Counted from the whole stretch's first letter, positions 1-13,770 are shown. The stretch is 63,994 nt of DNA, filler included, from Octopus bimaculoides (GCF_001194135.2; 5 parts of 4 records of this genome joined end to end with filler, not necessarily neighbours in it); one strand, 5' to 3'. Notes: generated from the letters alone by a model not told the origin. A program made the numbers and translations.

Positions 1-23
1 ATATATATACACATATATATATC

Positions 24-199
24 GGCGTGGTTGTGTGGTAAGAAGCTTGATTCGTAACCACATAGTTCTGGGTTGGGTCCCACACAGCGTGACAACTTGG
101 AGACAAGTGTATTTTATTATTGTTTCAGGCCAACCAAAGCCTTGTGAGGGAATTTGGTAGACGGAAACTGAAAGAAGCCAGTCATATATACATATGGAT

Positions 200-238
<39 letters not shown>

Positions 239-392
239 TGTTTGTGCGCGCGCGTTCATACCTCGATGCGGACAATCGATGCTGGTGTGTTTATGCTCTC
301 GTGTTTAGCGCTTCGGCCAAAGAAACCGGTAGAATGAATACTAGGCTTACAAGTCCTGGGGTCGAATTCTTCGACTAAAGCACCTTAAGGTG
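24..392 (+). mobile_element. tRNA-derived SINE, family 'A' (my label), with internal (TA)/(TG) microsatellite; 3' end runs into gap
   Basis: Head GGCGTGGTTGTGTGGTAAGAAGCTT with degenerate B-box region; body shared with copies at 2092-2600, 25512-25675 and 28880-29274. Confidence 0.8.
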
Positions 393-1352
393 NNNNNNNN
401 NNNNNNNNNNNNNNNNNNNNNNNNNNNNNNNNNNNNNNNNNNNNNNNNNNNNNNNNNNNNNNNNNNNNNNNNNNNNNNNNNNNNNNNNNNNNNNNNNNNN
501 NNNNNNNNNNNNNNNNNNNNNNNNNNNNNNNNNNNNNNNNNNNNNNNNNNNNNNNNNNNNNNNNNNNNNNNNNNNNNNNNNNNNNNNNNNNNNNNNNNNN
601 NNNNNNNNNNNNNNNNNNNNNNNNNNNNNNNNNNNNNNNNNNNNNNNNNNNNNNNNNNNNNNNNNNNNNNNNNNNNNNNNNNNNNNNNNNNNNNNNNNNN
701 NNNNNNNNNNNNNNNNNNNNNNNNNNNNNNNNNNNNNNNNNNNNNNNNNNNNNNNNNNNNNNNNNNNNNNNNNNNNNNNNNNNNTATATATATATATATA
801 TATATCATAATACAACCCCCATTAATTATTTATATATATATGCTGAGGGTCTATTGTAGAATGTATGTATATGTGTACGTATCTTCATATGTTTGTATGC
901 CTGTTTATGTGTGAAGTATATTAAAATATTTGACATTTCGGAATATCTGCGATACTGCGAGAAGCAATCGGGTAAATGTATTATGCTGAAAAAGATAAAC
1001 TCGAATGGAATATTTTACATGCGATATATACTCGTCTTATCGAGTATTCGTTATTGTTGATGACGAGAAAGACAACATATGACTGTTCGTTATTGTTTAT
1101 GGAATATATTCTTTTTATATTGCACACAGGATGGAAGCAAACGTGGATTGCAGCGATATGTATATTTTAGGTTTCATGTGGTAAATCTGCAGTTTATATT
1201 CAAATATCGATAATTTTCAAGAGAGATGGCATGTAAAAGTACAATATTTAAGTGCCTTAATTATATGATGATTGACTCGATAGAGTTATTTATACTTTTA
1301 TGATTGCGAATTCAAATATATTAGGAGATAATGGAATTATTTCTTCTTTCTA

Positions 1353-1610
1353 AGGTGGCGAGCTGGCAGAATCGTTATCATGTCGGAGAAAATACTAACG
1401 GGTATTTCTTCCGACTTTCTACCTTCCGAGTTCAAACTCTCACGGTGTCGGCTTTGCCTTTCAGCATTTTGAGGCCGAAAAATGGTTATCTCTTGAGCAC
1501 TGCGGTAGGTGTAGTCGACTTAACACTTCACACCAAAAATTTCAGGCTCTGTGCCAAAAACAAAGAATTATTCCTTCTTTGTTAGGAGGCGAGCTGGAAC
1601 CAGTTGTCAA
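1353..1610 (+). mobile_element. Degenerate tRNA-derived SINE, family 'B' (my label), followed by a second head fragment
   Basis: GGTGGCGAGCTGGCAGAATCGTTA A-box head, GAGTTCAAA B-box and GCTTTGCCTTTC body shared with at least 10 other copies in the window. Confidence 0.7.
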
Positions 1611-1980
1611 GCAGTGGTCGAGGGACAATGGAAACAATAAAATACACACACACATACATTACATACTTGCAGACATACATACATGTGTGTATATANNNNN
1701 NNNNNNNNNNNNNNNNNNNNNNNNNNNNNNNNNNNNNNNNNNNNNNNNNNNNNNNNNNNNNNNNNNNNNNNNNNNNNNNNNNNNNNNNNNNNNNNNNNNN
1801 NNNNNNNNNNNNNNNNNNNNNNNNNNNNNNNNNNNNNNNNNNNNNNNNNNNNNNNNNNNNNNNNNNNNNNNNNNNNNNNNNNNNNNNNNNNNNNNNNNNN
1901 NNNNNNNNNNNNNNNNNNNNNNNNNNNNNNNNNNNNNNNNNNNNNNNNNNNNNNNNNNNNNNNNNNNNNNNNNNNNNATA

Positions 1981-2011
<31 letters not shown>

Positions 2012-2091
2012 TTATGTATGCGTGTTTGTATGTCTCTGTGTGTGCATATACACACACATATGTATATATAAGTATATATACTATTTTTTAA

Positions 2092-2600
2092 ACTCTTTTA
2101 CTTGTTTCAGTCATTTGACTGAGGCCATGCTGGGACACCACCTCCAGTCTAACAAATCGATCCCAGGACTCATTATTTGTAAGCCTAGAACTTATTCTAT
2201 CGGTCTATTTTGCCGAACCGCTAAGTTAAGGGAACGTAAACACACCAAAATCGGTTATGAAGCGATAATTGGGGGAACAAACATAGAACACAAACACACA
2301 CACACACACACACATACACATATACATGACGGGCTTCTTTCAGTTTCCGTCTACCGAATCCACTCACAAGGCTCTGGTCGGCCTAAGGCTATAGTAGAAG
2401 ATACTTGTCCAAGGTGCCGCGCAGTAGGACTGAACCCGGAACCATGTGGTTGGAAAACAAGCTTCTTACTACAGGGCTTCTTTCCAGTTTTTGTTCACCA
2501 AATCCACTCACAAAGATTTGGTCAGACCGGGACTAGAGTAAAATACACTTAACCAATGTGCCACGCAGTGGGAGTGAACCCGGAACCATGTGGTTGGGAA
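2092..2600 (-). mobile_element. SINE family A with duplicated head/body segment
   Basis: Reverse complement of family A tail (TGACTGAAACAAGTAAAAG) at 2095-2125; head sequence CCACATGGTTCCGGGTTCA occurs twice (~2430-2460, ~2570-2600). Confidence 0.8.
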
Positions 2601-2604
2601 TACA

Positions 2605-2641
<37 letters not shown>

Positions 2642-2895
2642 GTCTAAAGCGAAATCATTACTTTTATGTTGTTTAGGTATGATCTGCCGACATAAAAACT
2701 GGCGTTTAAAGTTATTGGTGAGTTAAAGGATATGCTCTTTCGTTTCTGCATTTACACATATTTCATATATTTGTAATGTTCTGTCTTTTTTTTTTTTTTT
2801 TTTTTTTTTGTAATACATACTTACCCCTTCACTTCGATTCCTGGCCAGACGATATATTGAAAAGATGAGTTTACTAATAATATTATTCAGCCAGT

Positions 2896-3325
2896 AAGGC
2901 GGCGAGCTGGCAGAAACGACGCCTGGCGAAATGCTTAGCAGTATTTCGTCTTTCTTTAGGATCTGAGTTCAAGTTCCACCGAGGTCTACTTTGCCTTTCA
3001 TCCTTTCGGGGTCGATAAACTAAGTACCAGTTACGCACTGGGGTCGATGTCATCGACTTAATCATTTTGTCTGTCCTTGTTTGTCCCCTTTATGTTAGCC
3101 CCTTGTGAGCAATAAAGAAATAAGAAACGTCGGCAAGCCGGGCGAAATGCTTAGCGGTATTTCGTCTGTCTTTACGTTCCGAGTTCAAATTCCGCCGAGA
3201 TCGACTTTGCTTTTCATCCTTTCGGGGTCGAAAATTAAGTACCAGTTGCGTTCTGAGGATCAATGTAATCCTCTGGTCTCCTACACAAAAATTTCGGGCC
3301 TTGTGCCTAGAGTAGAAAAGAATAT
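2896..3325 (+). mobile_element. Two tandem SINE family B copies with different 3' tails
   Basis: AAGGCGGCGAGCTGGCAGAA head at 2896; first copy ends GCAATAAAGAAATAAGAA, second ends GGCCTTGTGCCTAGAGTAGAAAAGAATATTATT. Confidence 0.8.
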
Positions 3326-3708
3326 TATTTAGCAAGTACTTTGCAATAGCATGAAGTTGACCCGAGCATTTGATAATACATTATAAGGTATCGTTAGGTT
3401 TTCTCAATGGGCTACATTTTACGAATTTAAGTTTCAACTTACATATCAGAAAACAATAACATTCATACAATATAACATAAAGTCTTTGAACGTTTCAAAT
3501 AATTCTCTTCGAAAACCATCTAGCAAGAGAAATTAACATTGCATCATCTTTCTAACGCTCTAGACTAAGGAGATCACAATTTGTTTGCATAGAAGAAAAA
3601 AATAGAAATAAAATTCTGGCTGAATTACATGTTTCAGTAACATCCAAATGCACGATAATATTGAAGTGTTCTAAGCCACTAAAAGTTTCTAAGGTCGAAA
3701 CAAAAATG

Positions 3709-3813
<105 letters not shown>

Positions 3814-4109
3814 TATATTTGCTTGAATCTGAATATATAACTCAATATATCAATTATGGGGTTGAGTAGAGTAATGATGTTCTGCAGTATCGACTGGCGC
3901 ATATTTAGAGATATGATTGCCCGAATAGCGTTAATTCATGTAACGAGAGAAGTGGTGCTACCATTACAAATGCAGAAAGGGAGAAAGAAAGACAGACAGA
4001 TCCATTCATACATATACCCATACATATATATCCACATTTGTATAAATATCCATATAAAAACCTATACATATATAAATACAATTAACGTGTATATAATCCA
4101 TAAATATAG

Positions 4110-4157
<48 letters not shown>

Positions 4158-4391
4158 TTGTATTCTCCTAGTTTTCCCATAATTTCCGTGTACTAAATAC
4201 ACTTACGAGGAAGTGGTCGGCTCGAGGATATTGTAGAAAATACAAAATTCTTAACTGCAATCATGTCTTAGCCTCTCCCCACTATCNNNNNNNNNNNNNN
4301 NNNNNNNNNNNNNNNNNNNNNNNNNNNNNNTTAATTAATTAANNNNNNNNNNNNNNNNNNNNNNNNNNNNNNNNNNNNNNNNNNNNGCATG

Positions 4392-4600
4392 CCACCCCGT
4401 ATTTTCTGCTCTAGGCACAAGGTACGAAAATTTTTGGGAAGTGGGGTCCAGTTGGTTAGATAGACCTCAGTACGCAACTGGTACTTAATTTATCGGCCCC
4501 GAAAGGATTCTATAAGTTAAGTACCAGTTGAGAACTGGGGTCGATATGTTTTACCGTCCGCATCCCAACAAAATCCAGGCCGTGTGCCTATAATTGAAAG
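4392..4600. mobile_element. Two SINE B 3' fragments in opposite orientation
   Basis: Minus-strand tail (CTCTAGGCACAAGG) to ~4505, then plus-strand AAGTACCAGTTGAGAACTGGGGTCGAT...GGCCGTGTGCCTATAATTGAAAGGATTATT. Confidence 0.65.
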
Positions 4601-4734
4601 GATTATTGGTTTGCCTGCTCAAATCTGACCCGTTTTAGCGCTAAACAACCATCGTATTACTAGATATCTCTGCTAAATTTCATAAAGATATGTCTTACTT
4701 TTAAAAGAAGAAACGAAGGGTGAGTCTATCCGGG

Positions 4735-5055
4735 CTGTTTTCGGCGATAATGATAAAGAATGTCCGGGCTAAATTCGACAATTTGCATAAAAAGAAAAGA
4801 AAACACTATTCCATCAAAAATAAAAGTACAGTGAGTTTTTCGGTGAACGGATTATTTCGAAGGGACTTTGGCCAACAAGGTCACCTGATTTAACACCACC
4901 AGACCTTTTTCTTTTTTTTTCTGGGGAGCAAGTAAGGGATCAGTGTACAAGAATCGCCCGAAAACCATTAATGACCTAAAAGATACAATCATAACCTTCA
5001 CACGGTCCATACCACGTCAGACTCTCCAAGATGTATTTCAAAACATGTGCAAAAG
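4735..5055 (+). pseudogene. Tc1/mariner-superfamily transposase C-terminal relic
   Basis: Manual translation RIISKGLWPTRSPDLTPPDLF..WGASKGSVYKNRPKTINDLKDTI matches the WPPRSPDLTP-D motif of DDD/E transposases; frameshifted. Confidence 0.75.
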
Positions 5056-5434
5056 CAATGACAACAATAATAATAATAATAATATTAATAATAATAAATA
5101 AACAAAAATAAAAGGAAACATAAAAGAACCATCAAATTTATCACGTGCCCCTTGTATGCTATGTCAGCATTAATCAGTGTTTACTCAACCTCCACATGGA
5201 GTTTACTTGAAACAAATAAATCCGAGTGGTTTTCATTGACATTCGGTGATAGGAAAATTTTTGCCGTTGCAAAATTCGCCGTGAAAATATTTCGTTTTAA
5301 ATGACCTCATCAGGAATTTTTTCTTTCTGTTTCTTTTTTTTAATGTTTGGCGTTGAATAAAGACTTGTTGTCTGTTGAATGCTTTTATAAAACTTCTGTT
5401 TATTCTTTTATTCTCTTTTTTTTTATTTTTATTA

Positions 5435-5690
5435 TTATTCTTTTATTTGTTTCAGTCATTTGATTGCGGCCATGCTGAAGCACCGCCTTTAGTGGTCAGC
5501 AAATTTAGTGGGGAAGGATTAAGTCGCTTGTATCGTCCCCAGGGTTCGACACTTAATTATTTTATCGACCCAGAAAGGATGGAAGAGGAAGTCAACCTCA
5601 GCAGAAATTGAACCCAGAACGTAAAGATCCGGGAAAATATACCGCTAAGCATTTGCGTCTGACATACTAAGGATTCTGCCATCTTGCTGC
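5435..5690 (-). mobile_element. Chimeric SINE: family B head/body joined to family A tail
   Basis: Minus strand has B head and body from ~5690, then AAAGGCGGTGCTTCAGCATGGCCGCAATCAAATGACTGAAACAAATAAAAG (A tail). Confidence 0.65.
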
Positions 5691-6090
5691 CTACAATTCA
5701 CTAATAGTAATGATAATGAAAGAAGTGAAATGAAACCAATGCGTGTGTTTATTATTGGCGTAATGGCCCTCCTGGGATGCAGCAAAATGTTTCAACGCAT
5801 GAGCTCCCATCAAGAATCTTACAAACCAAATACAAAAACGAAATACTCCAGAATTATTTTTACTAAACAGTAGAATGAATTTCTAGATTAAATTAACTGC
5901 TGTTTCTAGCTTGGTAAGTGACCACTTAGTGACTCCATCGTTCCCTTAGTTACCTCATTCTGGTTGGTGATATATATTGTAGTAGTAGTAGTAGTAGTAG
6001 TTGTTTTTGTTATTGGTACGATGGAACTTGCGGTAATTGTGGTAGTGGTGGTGGTGGTGGTGGAACAGAGATAGTATTTGTGTTAGTACT

Positions 6091-6131
<41 letters not shown>

Positions 6132-6741
6132 CAGTGCGGTGTAGGAGCGAGAAGGGCATGCCGAAATGTCAAAGTGCTGTCCAAATTACACACGCCATGA
6201 TAACATTACCACCACCCCTCTCGCCCAACCTCTACCTTCCCTTCCATTCCCACCTCCCACCTCCTACCAACCCTCCCCTTCTTTTGCCTATTTAAACATG
6301 AGAGCTTTGGAATATATTATTACTATACACACACACACACATACGCACACACAAACACACACACGCATACGCGCACGCGTTTGTGTGTGTGTGCGCGTGT
6401 ATAAGTGCGAATGTGTGAAGTAATTTGCAATGACACACTAACATATGCACACATATACACGTACAGACACACACACACATGTAGCATTTATGCAATAAAA
6501 ATAAGATATGTAAACACACATACATACAAACAAAGACACACACACATATATATAATACATTTGTGTTTATAAGTACACATATGTATAGATATACACAAAC
6601 GCATATATATGTGTGTGTGTGTAGATAAATAGCTACATATACACTATTTCTTACGTAAGAAGATTTAATTTAAAGATAGAAAAAGAAAATGATATCTGTA
6701 TTAGACGTGGTGTGACGACAATAAAACACACATACACACGC

Positions 6742-6778
<37 letters not shown>

Positions 6779-7545
6779 NNNNNNNNNNNNNNNNNNNNNN
6801 NNNNNNNNNNNNNNNNNNNNNNNNNNNNNNNNNNNNNNNNNNNNNNNNNNNNNNNNNNNNNNNNNNNNNNNNNNNNNNNNNNNNNNNNNNNNNNNNNNNN
6901 NNNNNNNNNNNNNNNNNNNNNNNNNNNNNNNNNNNNNNNNNNNNNNNNNNNNNNNNNNNNNNNNNNNNNNNNNNNNNNNNNNNNNNNNNNNNNNNNNNNN
7001 NNNNNNNNNNNNNNNNNNNNNNNNNNNNNNNNNNNNNNNNNNNNNNNNNNNNNNNNNNNNNNNNNNNNNNNNNNNNNNNNNNNNNNNNNNNNNNNNNNNN
7101 NNNNNNNNNNNNNNNNNNNNNNNNNNNNNNNNNNNNNNNNNNNNNNNNNNNNNNNNNNNNNNNNNNNNNNNNNNNNNNNNNNNNNNNNNNNNNNNNNNNN
7201 NNNNNNNNNNNNNNNNNNNNNNNNNNNNNNNNNNNNNNNNNNNNNNNNNNNNNNNNNNNNNNNNNNNNNNNNNNNNNNNNNNNNNNNNNNNNNNNNNNNN
7301 NNNNNNNNNNNNNNNNNNNNNNNNNNNNNNNNNNNNNNNNNNNNNNNNNNNNNNNNNNNNNNNNNNNNNNNNNNNNNNNNNNNNNNNNNNNNNNNNNNNN
7401 NNNNNNNNNNNNNNNNNNNNNNNNNNNNNNNNNNNNNNNNNNNNNNNNNNNNNNNNNNNNNNNNNNNNNNNNNNNNNNNNNNNNNNNNNNNNNNNNNNNN
7501 NNNNNNNNNNNNNNNNNNNNNNNNNNNNNNNNNNNNNNNNNNNNN

Positions 7546-7610
<65 letters not shown>

Positions 7611-7627
7611 AATGTATGTATGTATAT

Positions 7628-8125
7628 ATATGTATGTATTATTGGGATCATCTTAAAGCAGTGAAACTCTATTCTCTCCAGCGCCGTCGCGAAGACACAG
7701 TATTTGCACGATGTGGAGAATATACCACCAGCATTGTCCAAACGTCCACAGCATTAGTTCCAGAATCCATCCAAGTCTAAGACCACGGGTCATACTTCCC
7801 CCTACCCAGTTCACGATCACAACACATAATTATACGGCAACAGAATTTCTTTACCTCAACAGGCCCTGCTCTGCTTAACATTGTCCCAAAACAGATCAAA
7901 GAGGAAAAGGATTCCATTATTTTTAAACTGAATCTGGACAGATTTCTACAAGGGGTACCAAATAAGCCATCTATACGTGCATACAAGTCACTTAGCAAGA
8001 ACTCCTTAATCGAATGGCCCATAATACCACAATACTTGACTTTAGCAAATCCTATCAGGTGGTGCTATTACGTTATAGATGGCTTCAGCCAATCTTTGGT
8101 CGAAACATGTCCAAGTGTTATCTAA
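7628..8125 (+). pseudogene. CR1/L2-group LINE 3' end (RT C-terminus plus 3' tail)
   Basis: Manual translation YWDHLKAVKLYSLQRRRE... and GPALLNIVPKQIKEEKDSIIFKLNLDRFLQGVPNKPS..Y...NSL, typical of CR1-like ORF2 C-termini; stem-loop tail at 8057-8112. Confidence 0.75.
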
Positions 8126-8250
8126 GTTATACATATATATAAATATGTATGTATATACATACAAAAGTGTGTGTGTGTGTGTTAAAGATACTAGTTAACT
8201 TTATATATATATATAAATGCATGAGCGTGCGTGACAGAGAGGGAGAGAGT

Positions 8251-8289
<39 letters not shown>

Positions 8290-8582
8290 NNNNNNNNNNN
8301 NNNNNNNNNNNNNNNNNNNNNNNNNNNNNNNNNNNNNNNNNNNNNNNNNNNNNNNNNNNNNNNNNNNNNNNNNNNNNNNNNNNNNNNNNNNNNNNNNNNN
8401 NNNNNNNNNNNNNNNNNNNNNNNNNNNNNNNNNNNNNNNNNNNNNNNNNNNNNNNNNNNNNNNNNNNNNNNNNNNNNNNNNNNNNNNNNNNNNNNNNNNN
8501 NNNNNNNNNNNNNNNNNNNNNNNNNNNNNNNNNNNNNNNNNNNNNNNNNNNNNNNNNNNNNNNNNNNNNNNNNNNNNNNNNN

Positions 8583-8633
<51 letters not shown>

Positions 8634-9113
8634 AACACTATAGACATGCCGAAAGACAGTACAACATAGATCATACGTATGTCTATAACTGTGTTTTAAT
8701 ATGCTACGTTTGCATGTCTGCATGCGTGTGTGTGTTTATGAGCGTATATGTGTGTATGTATGCGTGTGTCTTAAGAGAAATTGTGGTAGGCAGAGGCAAG
8801 CAAGGAACGAGAAATAAAGAGAGATATATATATATAGAGAAAGAGAGAGATAGAGAAAGAAGGAGAGATGGGGAGAAAAACAGAGAGAGACCGTTTGACT
8901 ACTGCTCTTGTTTACAAGCCAACTTGTCATCTCTTGTATTTAGCCTGGCTCAAGTAGCCGGCTGACATTTGCGGGTCTTGCTCAGTTGGATGACATTTTC
9001 AGCAGCCATGTTTTTTCTTATTCTATATTTTTTTCTTTTAGCTTTAATTTCTTTTCCCATTTCTTATCTGTTTGTGTATATGTTTGCGAGCATATGTATA
9101 CGTATATGCATAT

Positions 9114-9216
<103 letters not shown>

Positions 9217-9928
9217 TATATATTTACACGTATGAATGTATGTGAATATGTGTAAATAAAAGGGCTTAATCATACATGTGGTCATATATATATATATATA
9301 TATATACATACTTACCTGTGTATGTTTGTGTGTGTGAATAAATATATATGTAATATATACATATATATTTCTATAAATACGTTATAATAAATAAATACCC
9401 ACTTATGCACATAAACATATATCATGTATATATGTGTATATAATATCTATATATATTTATATACATGCACACGCACACATACATATATGCATATGGGCAC
9501 AAATATATGCATAAGATATACTTTAAGAATCGAAGAATCTATCGAAAGCAATTACTTTCAATTCGTAGAAGTTTGCAATAGAACGTTTGATGGAATTTGT
9601 CACCAAATGTTTCTGGAATTGAGGAAGAGAGAGAATGAGGGAAAGAGAGAGGGAGAGAGAGGTGGGAGATACAGAGAGAAGAGGAAGAGAGAGTAAAAGT
9701 GTGTGTGTGTTAATATGGCAGTATGTTTGCCTGTTTATGTGCGTGTGTGTAGGTCGTGTGTGTAAGTCGTGTGTGTATGAGTGTGCGCGTGCAGTGTTTG
9801 TGTGTGTGTGTGTGTGTGTGCGTGTTAAATCACTAAAACAATAAAAGAAAAAATACTATTACATCACAGTTATAATTATGATTGACACCTCAGCATATAC
9901 GCACGCATGTTTAAATGTACACTGTATG

Positions 9929-9963
<35 letters not shown>

Positions 9964-10109
9964 GAATGTATTTACATATATGTGTGTATATATAGATAAA
10001 CACATATATTTATACATATATGTATATATATTTATATATATATAGGTATGTATTCATATATATGTATGCATATATAGATAAATAGATACATATATATATA
10101 TATACATAC

Positions 10110-10198
10110 ATAATGATGATGAGGCGACAACGATGATGACGGTGGTAGATGTGGTGGTGGTGGTGGTGTTGGTGGTGTTGGTGGTAGTGGTGATGATA

Positions 10199-10248
<50 letters not shown>

Positions 10249-10420
10249 AATAGTGATGATACTTGTGGTGACGGTGATAATAATGATGACGATAGTAATT
10301 ATGATGGTGATGATGGTGATGATGATGATGATGGTGGTGATGATGATGATGGTGGTGATGATGATGATAATCGTAATGATCACGATGTGGATGATGGCGG
10401 AGGCGATGGTTGGTGTTGAA
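10110..10420. repeat. Compound (GAT)n/(GGT)n trinucleotide microsatellite
   Basis: Directly visible; explains the poly-His/Ile/Met ORFs. Confidence 0.95.
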
Positions 10421-10831
10421 AAGGTGAGAAGGCGGAGCAGGTGGTGCAGGTGACAATGAACAAGTGCGAGGGAGAGGAAGGGAGAGGAAGGGAGGGGCGG
10501 AGGGTGACTGAGGGTTAAAGTTGAAAGAGAGGGGGCGTTACGATGAAAGGCGAGGACGGAACAGGAGGAAAATTATTAATAAAGAGCAATGCGTAAGACA
10601 AAACGGTGCTCCTCATACTTCGCCCTCACGCCCTCACGCACACACACACACACACTTACATTCACATACACTTACAGCTACATGCATATAAACAAATAAT
10701 TGCACATCTAGGCATATATATATACGCATAAACATGTACGTGCACATGTATATATATAGATGTAGAGGGGCATGCGTCTATAAAAGTGCATATAAACACA
10801 CACATATATGCATTATACATAGATGTATATG

Positions 10832-10896
<65 letters not shown>

Positions 10897-11053
10897 GCAT
10901 ATATATGCATACATATATATATATATATATAGCATATATATACATACAAATATNNNNNNNNNNNNNNNNNNNNNNNNNNNNNNNNNNNNNNNNNNNNTTA
11001 ATTAATTAANNNNNNNNNNNNNNNNNNNNNNNNNNNNNNNNNNNNNNNNNNNN

Positions 11054-11104
<51 letters not shown>

Positions 11105-11179
11105 CATACATACATACACATATATATGTATATGCATATATATATACATATATACATATATATATATATAAATCTTTAG

Positions 11180-13160
11180 TTCAATATATTCAATGAGAAT
11201 ATTATATTCTGAATTTATATTGAGTGTTCTATTGTATCAAAGTATTAATACTATTAAAGTATTTATGTGTTTAATACGGGCGATTGTATATATATTTTAT
11301 AATATATTATTATTAATATCAGGAAATCAATATTAGAAAATTCCTCAGAAAGGTATATACATGTGTAGAATAATTGTTGTATTAAAATTATATGCAAAAA
11401 TATATGTAAATATGTGTAAGTATAAATATATACTATAATAATAATAAATATGTCAGTTTAAAAATTTTGAATTAAGTTTTAAAGCATCCTACGATCGTTT
11501 CACAAAAGCGCTGTCCTAATAATGGGATCCTATATTGATAAGCATTTATAGACAACTCTTCTCCTCTTCAGAGATATAAATTATTTTGAATGTTGTATAA
11601 TTTATCAAATGGTATTTTTTTTTTTTAAATATGAAGTAATATTATAAAAAGGTGTTTGTTTGAAATATAAATTAAATACTAAAATTTAAAAATACTGCTT
11701 TGCATTTTGGTAAGTACACTTTAGTATGAGAATTTAATCCATATCTTCTTCCTTGGATGGTCTTCTGTAATAAACTATATTAGTTATGTGTAAAATCCAT
11801 TATATTATCCTGTATTCCAAATATATTTCATAGACTTAGATAATATAGAATAATGGAATCCTATATTGATAATCATTTATAGGTAACTTTTCTGCTCCTC
11901 AGAAATATCAAATGTGAAATTTGTAAATTTAACGAATGGTAGTTTATTAAAAAAAATTTTATGTAGTAATATGGGAAAATGTTGTTTGTTTGAAATATAA
12001 ATTAAAATTTACTGCTTTTGATTTTTGGTAAATAGACCTTAGTATGAAAATTTTGAAATTCATATATGCCTCTTTGGTCATTTTTCTGTAGTAATCCATA
12101 ATAGTTATGTATAAAATCCTGAGTACTCAGGATATATNNNNNNNNNNTATATAAACCCTATTTTGTTTACTATTTGCCGTAGTTATAATTTGTACTTGTA
12201 AAGTGTGTATTAATTAGTACGACAATATTTTTAGTGAATATTATATATTAGTAATTAATTGATACAATGATTTTTATAAAATGAATAATTTAAATATTTT
12301 AATTAATTTATTTAATGTAAATATATTAATTTATAGTATTTTAGCTTCATTCGTGTATATTATCTAATTTATGTATTTTAGTTTTAATTTATTAGACTTT
12401 AAAATTATTTTGAATTTAAAATTTTCCAGTAAATGTTTATAATACAGTTAATTTTTCTTATGATTACAGCTAAAATACATTTTGCTTTTTTAAAAAAAAA
12501 CTTAAATACATATTTATATATCTCTTTATTCTATTACTTTTATTTACGCAATATTTTCACGTGACTTAATTCTAATAAACGTTAAGTTAAAAGTATAATG
12601 TTTAAAATTCTAGTTTAAACTAAAGCTTGGATAAGATAAATATTGCATTTATTTTTAGTCATATTGTTAAATGTTTTTCTTTTATTTATTGGTAAAATAA
12701 GCATTTTTATATAAATTCATTTGATAATTATTGTTAGTCAATATATATACATTGATTTTATTATTATTATTGTATTTTGACCTAACGATTAGCTATATTT
12801 TTGAATAGAATTGATTTTCGATCAATTTATTTTGAATCGATTTGATTTTTTATTTGATTTTTTAATTATTTTATTTTCTATTTGAAAATATGGTTATGAA
12901 ACACGTGTAGTCATTTTTACTATTTTAATATTTATTACTTTGTACTTTTTTGATTTTTATTATAGGACTTTTTAGTGTATTTACTTATTAAATCTTTCTA
13001 TATGTGATTGTAGATTTTCATGGATGAATTAAATAATTGTGGTTTCTTTCTCTAAATTATATATTTTATATATCATATATTGGGAAATTTAATTTAATTT
13101 TGATAAATTAAATTGAATTTTTCCCTGTAAATTTGGAATTTTTCCCTAATATTATTATCA

Positions 13161-13170
<10 letters not shown>
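11180..13170 (-). pseudogene. Extremely AT-rich decayed coding-like region of unknown origin (possibly PLE N-terminal ORF or viral)
   Basis: Minus strand gives N/K/I-rich peptide stretches broken by stops (YDNNIREKFQIYREKFNLIYQN*...FIHENLQSHIERFNK*); composition resembles the PLE ORF at 15.4-17 kb. Confidence 0.35.
11518..12119. repeat. Diverged ~300-bp tandem duplication
   Basis: TAATGG(G/A)ATCCTATATTGATAA at 11518 and ~11850; TGTTTGTTTGAAATATAAATTAAA in both units; both end AGTTATGT(G/A)TAAAATCC. Confidence 0.85.
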
Positions 13171-13199
<29 letters not shown>

Positions 13200-13332
13200 A
13201 CACACATACATATATATATATATGTATGCATATATAACCATGTTTAGAAAAACATAAATCCAGAGAAGAAGCACACTCTAAGGAGTAGAGCAGTCTATAT
13301 TTCTTCCTGGTGAAGGCCAGTTTATGGTTTAT

Positions 13333-13393
13333 GGGGTTACCCTGGGTTTCCTGTCCAGAAAGAGTTTAACTTTATGGTGTATCTTCAGATGCC
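13333..13393 (-). ncRNA. Minimal type I hammerhead ribozyme (core intact, stem I decayed)
   Basis: Minus strand reads GGCAT-CTGAAGA-TACACCATAAAG TTAAACT CTTTCTGG ACAG-GAAAC CCAGG GTA-ACCCC: CUGANGA core, stem II, GAAA, ACCC/GGGU stem III, GUA triplet. Confidence 0.6.
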
Positions 13394-13770
13394 AAGACCT
13401 GTTGGCCAATGACCTCTTTAAAATATAGAGGGCGAAAGTCTGCATTATCTTCCTTTGCTAATCAATCAGCTACATAAATGGGTTGAAACGCTGCAAGCTA
13501 TACATAGCCGAACTCACAAGAATCTTAAGGGACTCTCTCTAAATTCCAGAACGGAGATTTTCAGGCCATGTCTACATTTTAGGAGATTTCTGCTGGCCTT
13601 TTGACAACCAGTGGAAGTTGATGGCTAATGGGAGAGGAAGATAATCCCCTATTCTTTACCCTTATAGGTAATTGATAGCAACATGGTGGGAAGTTGATAG
13701 CCATTAGCAAAGGAAGATAATGTAGACTTCCCCCTTCATATTTTAAAGATGTCATAGGCCAACAGGTCTC

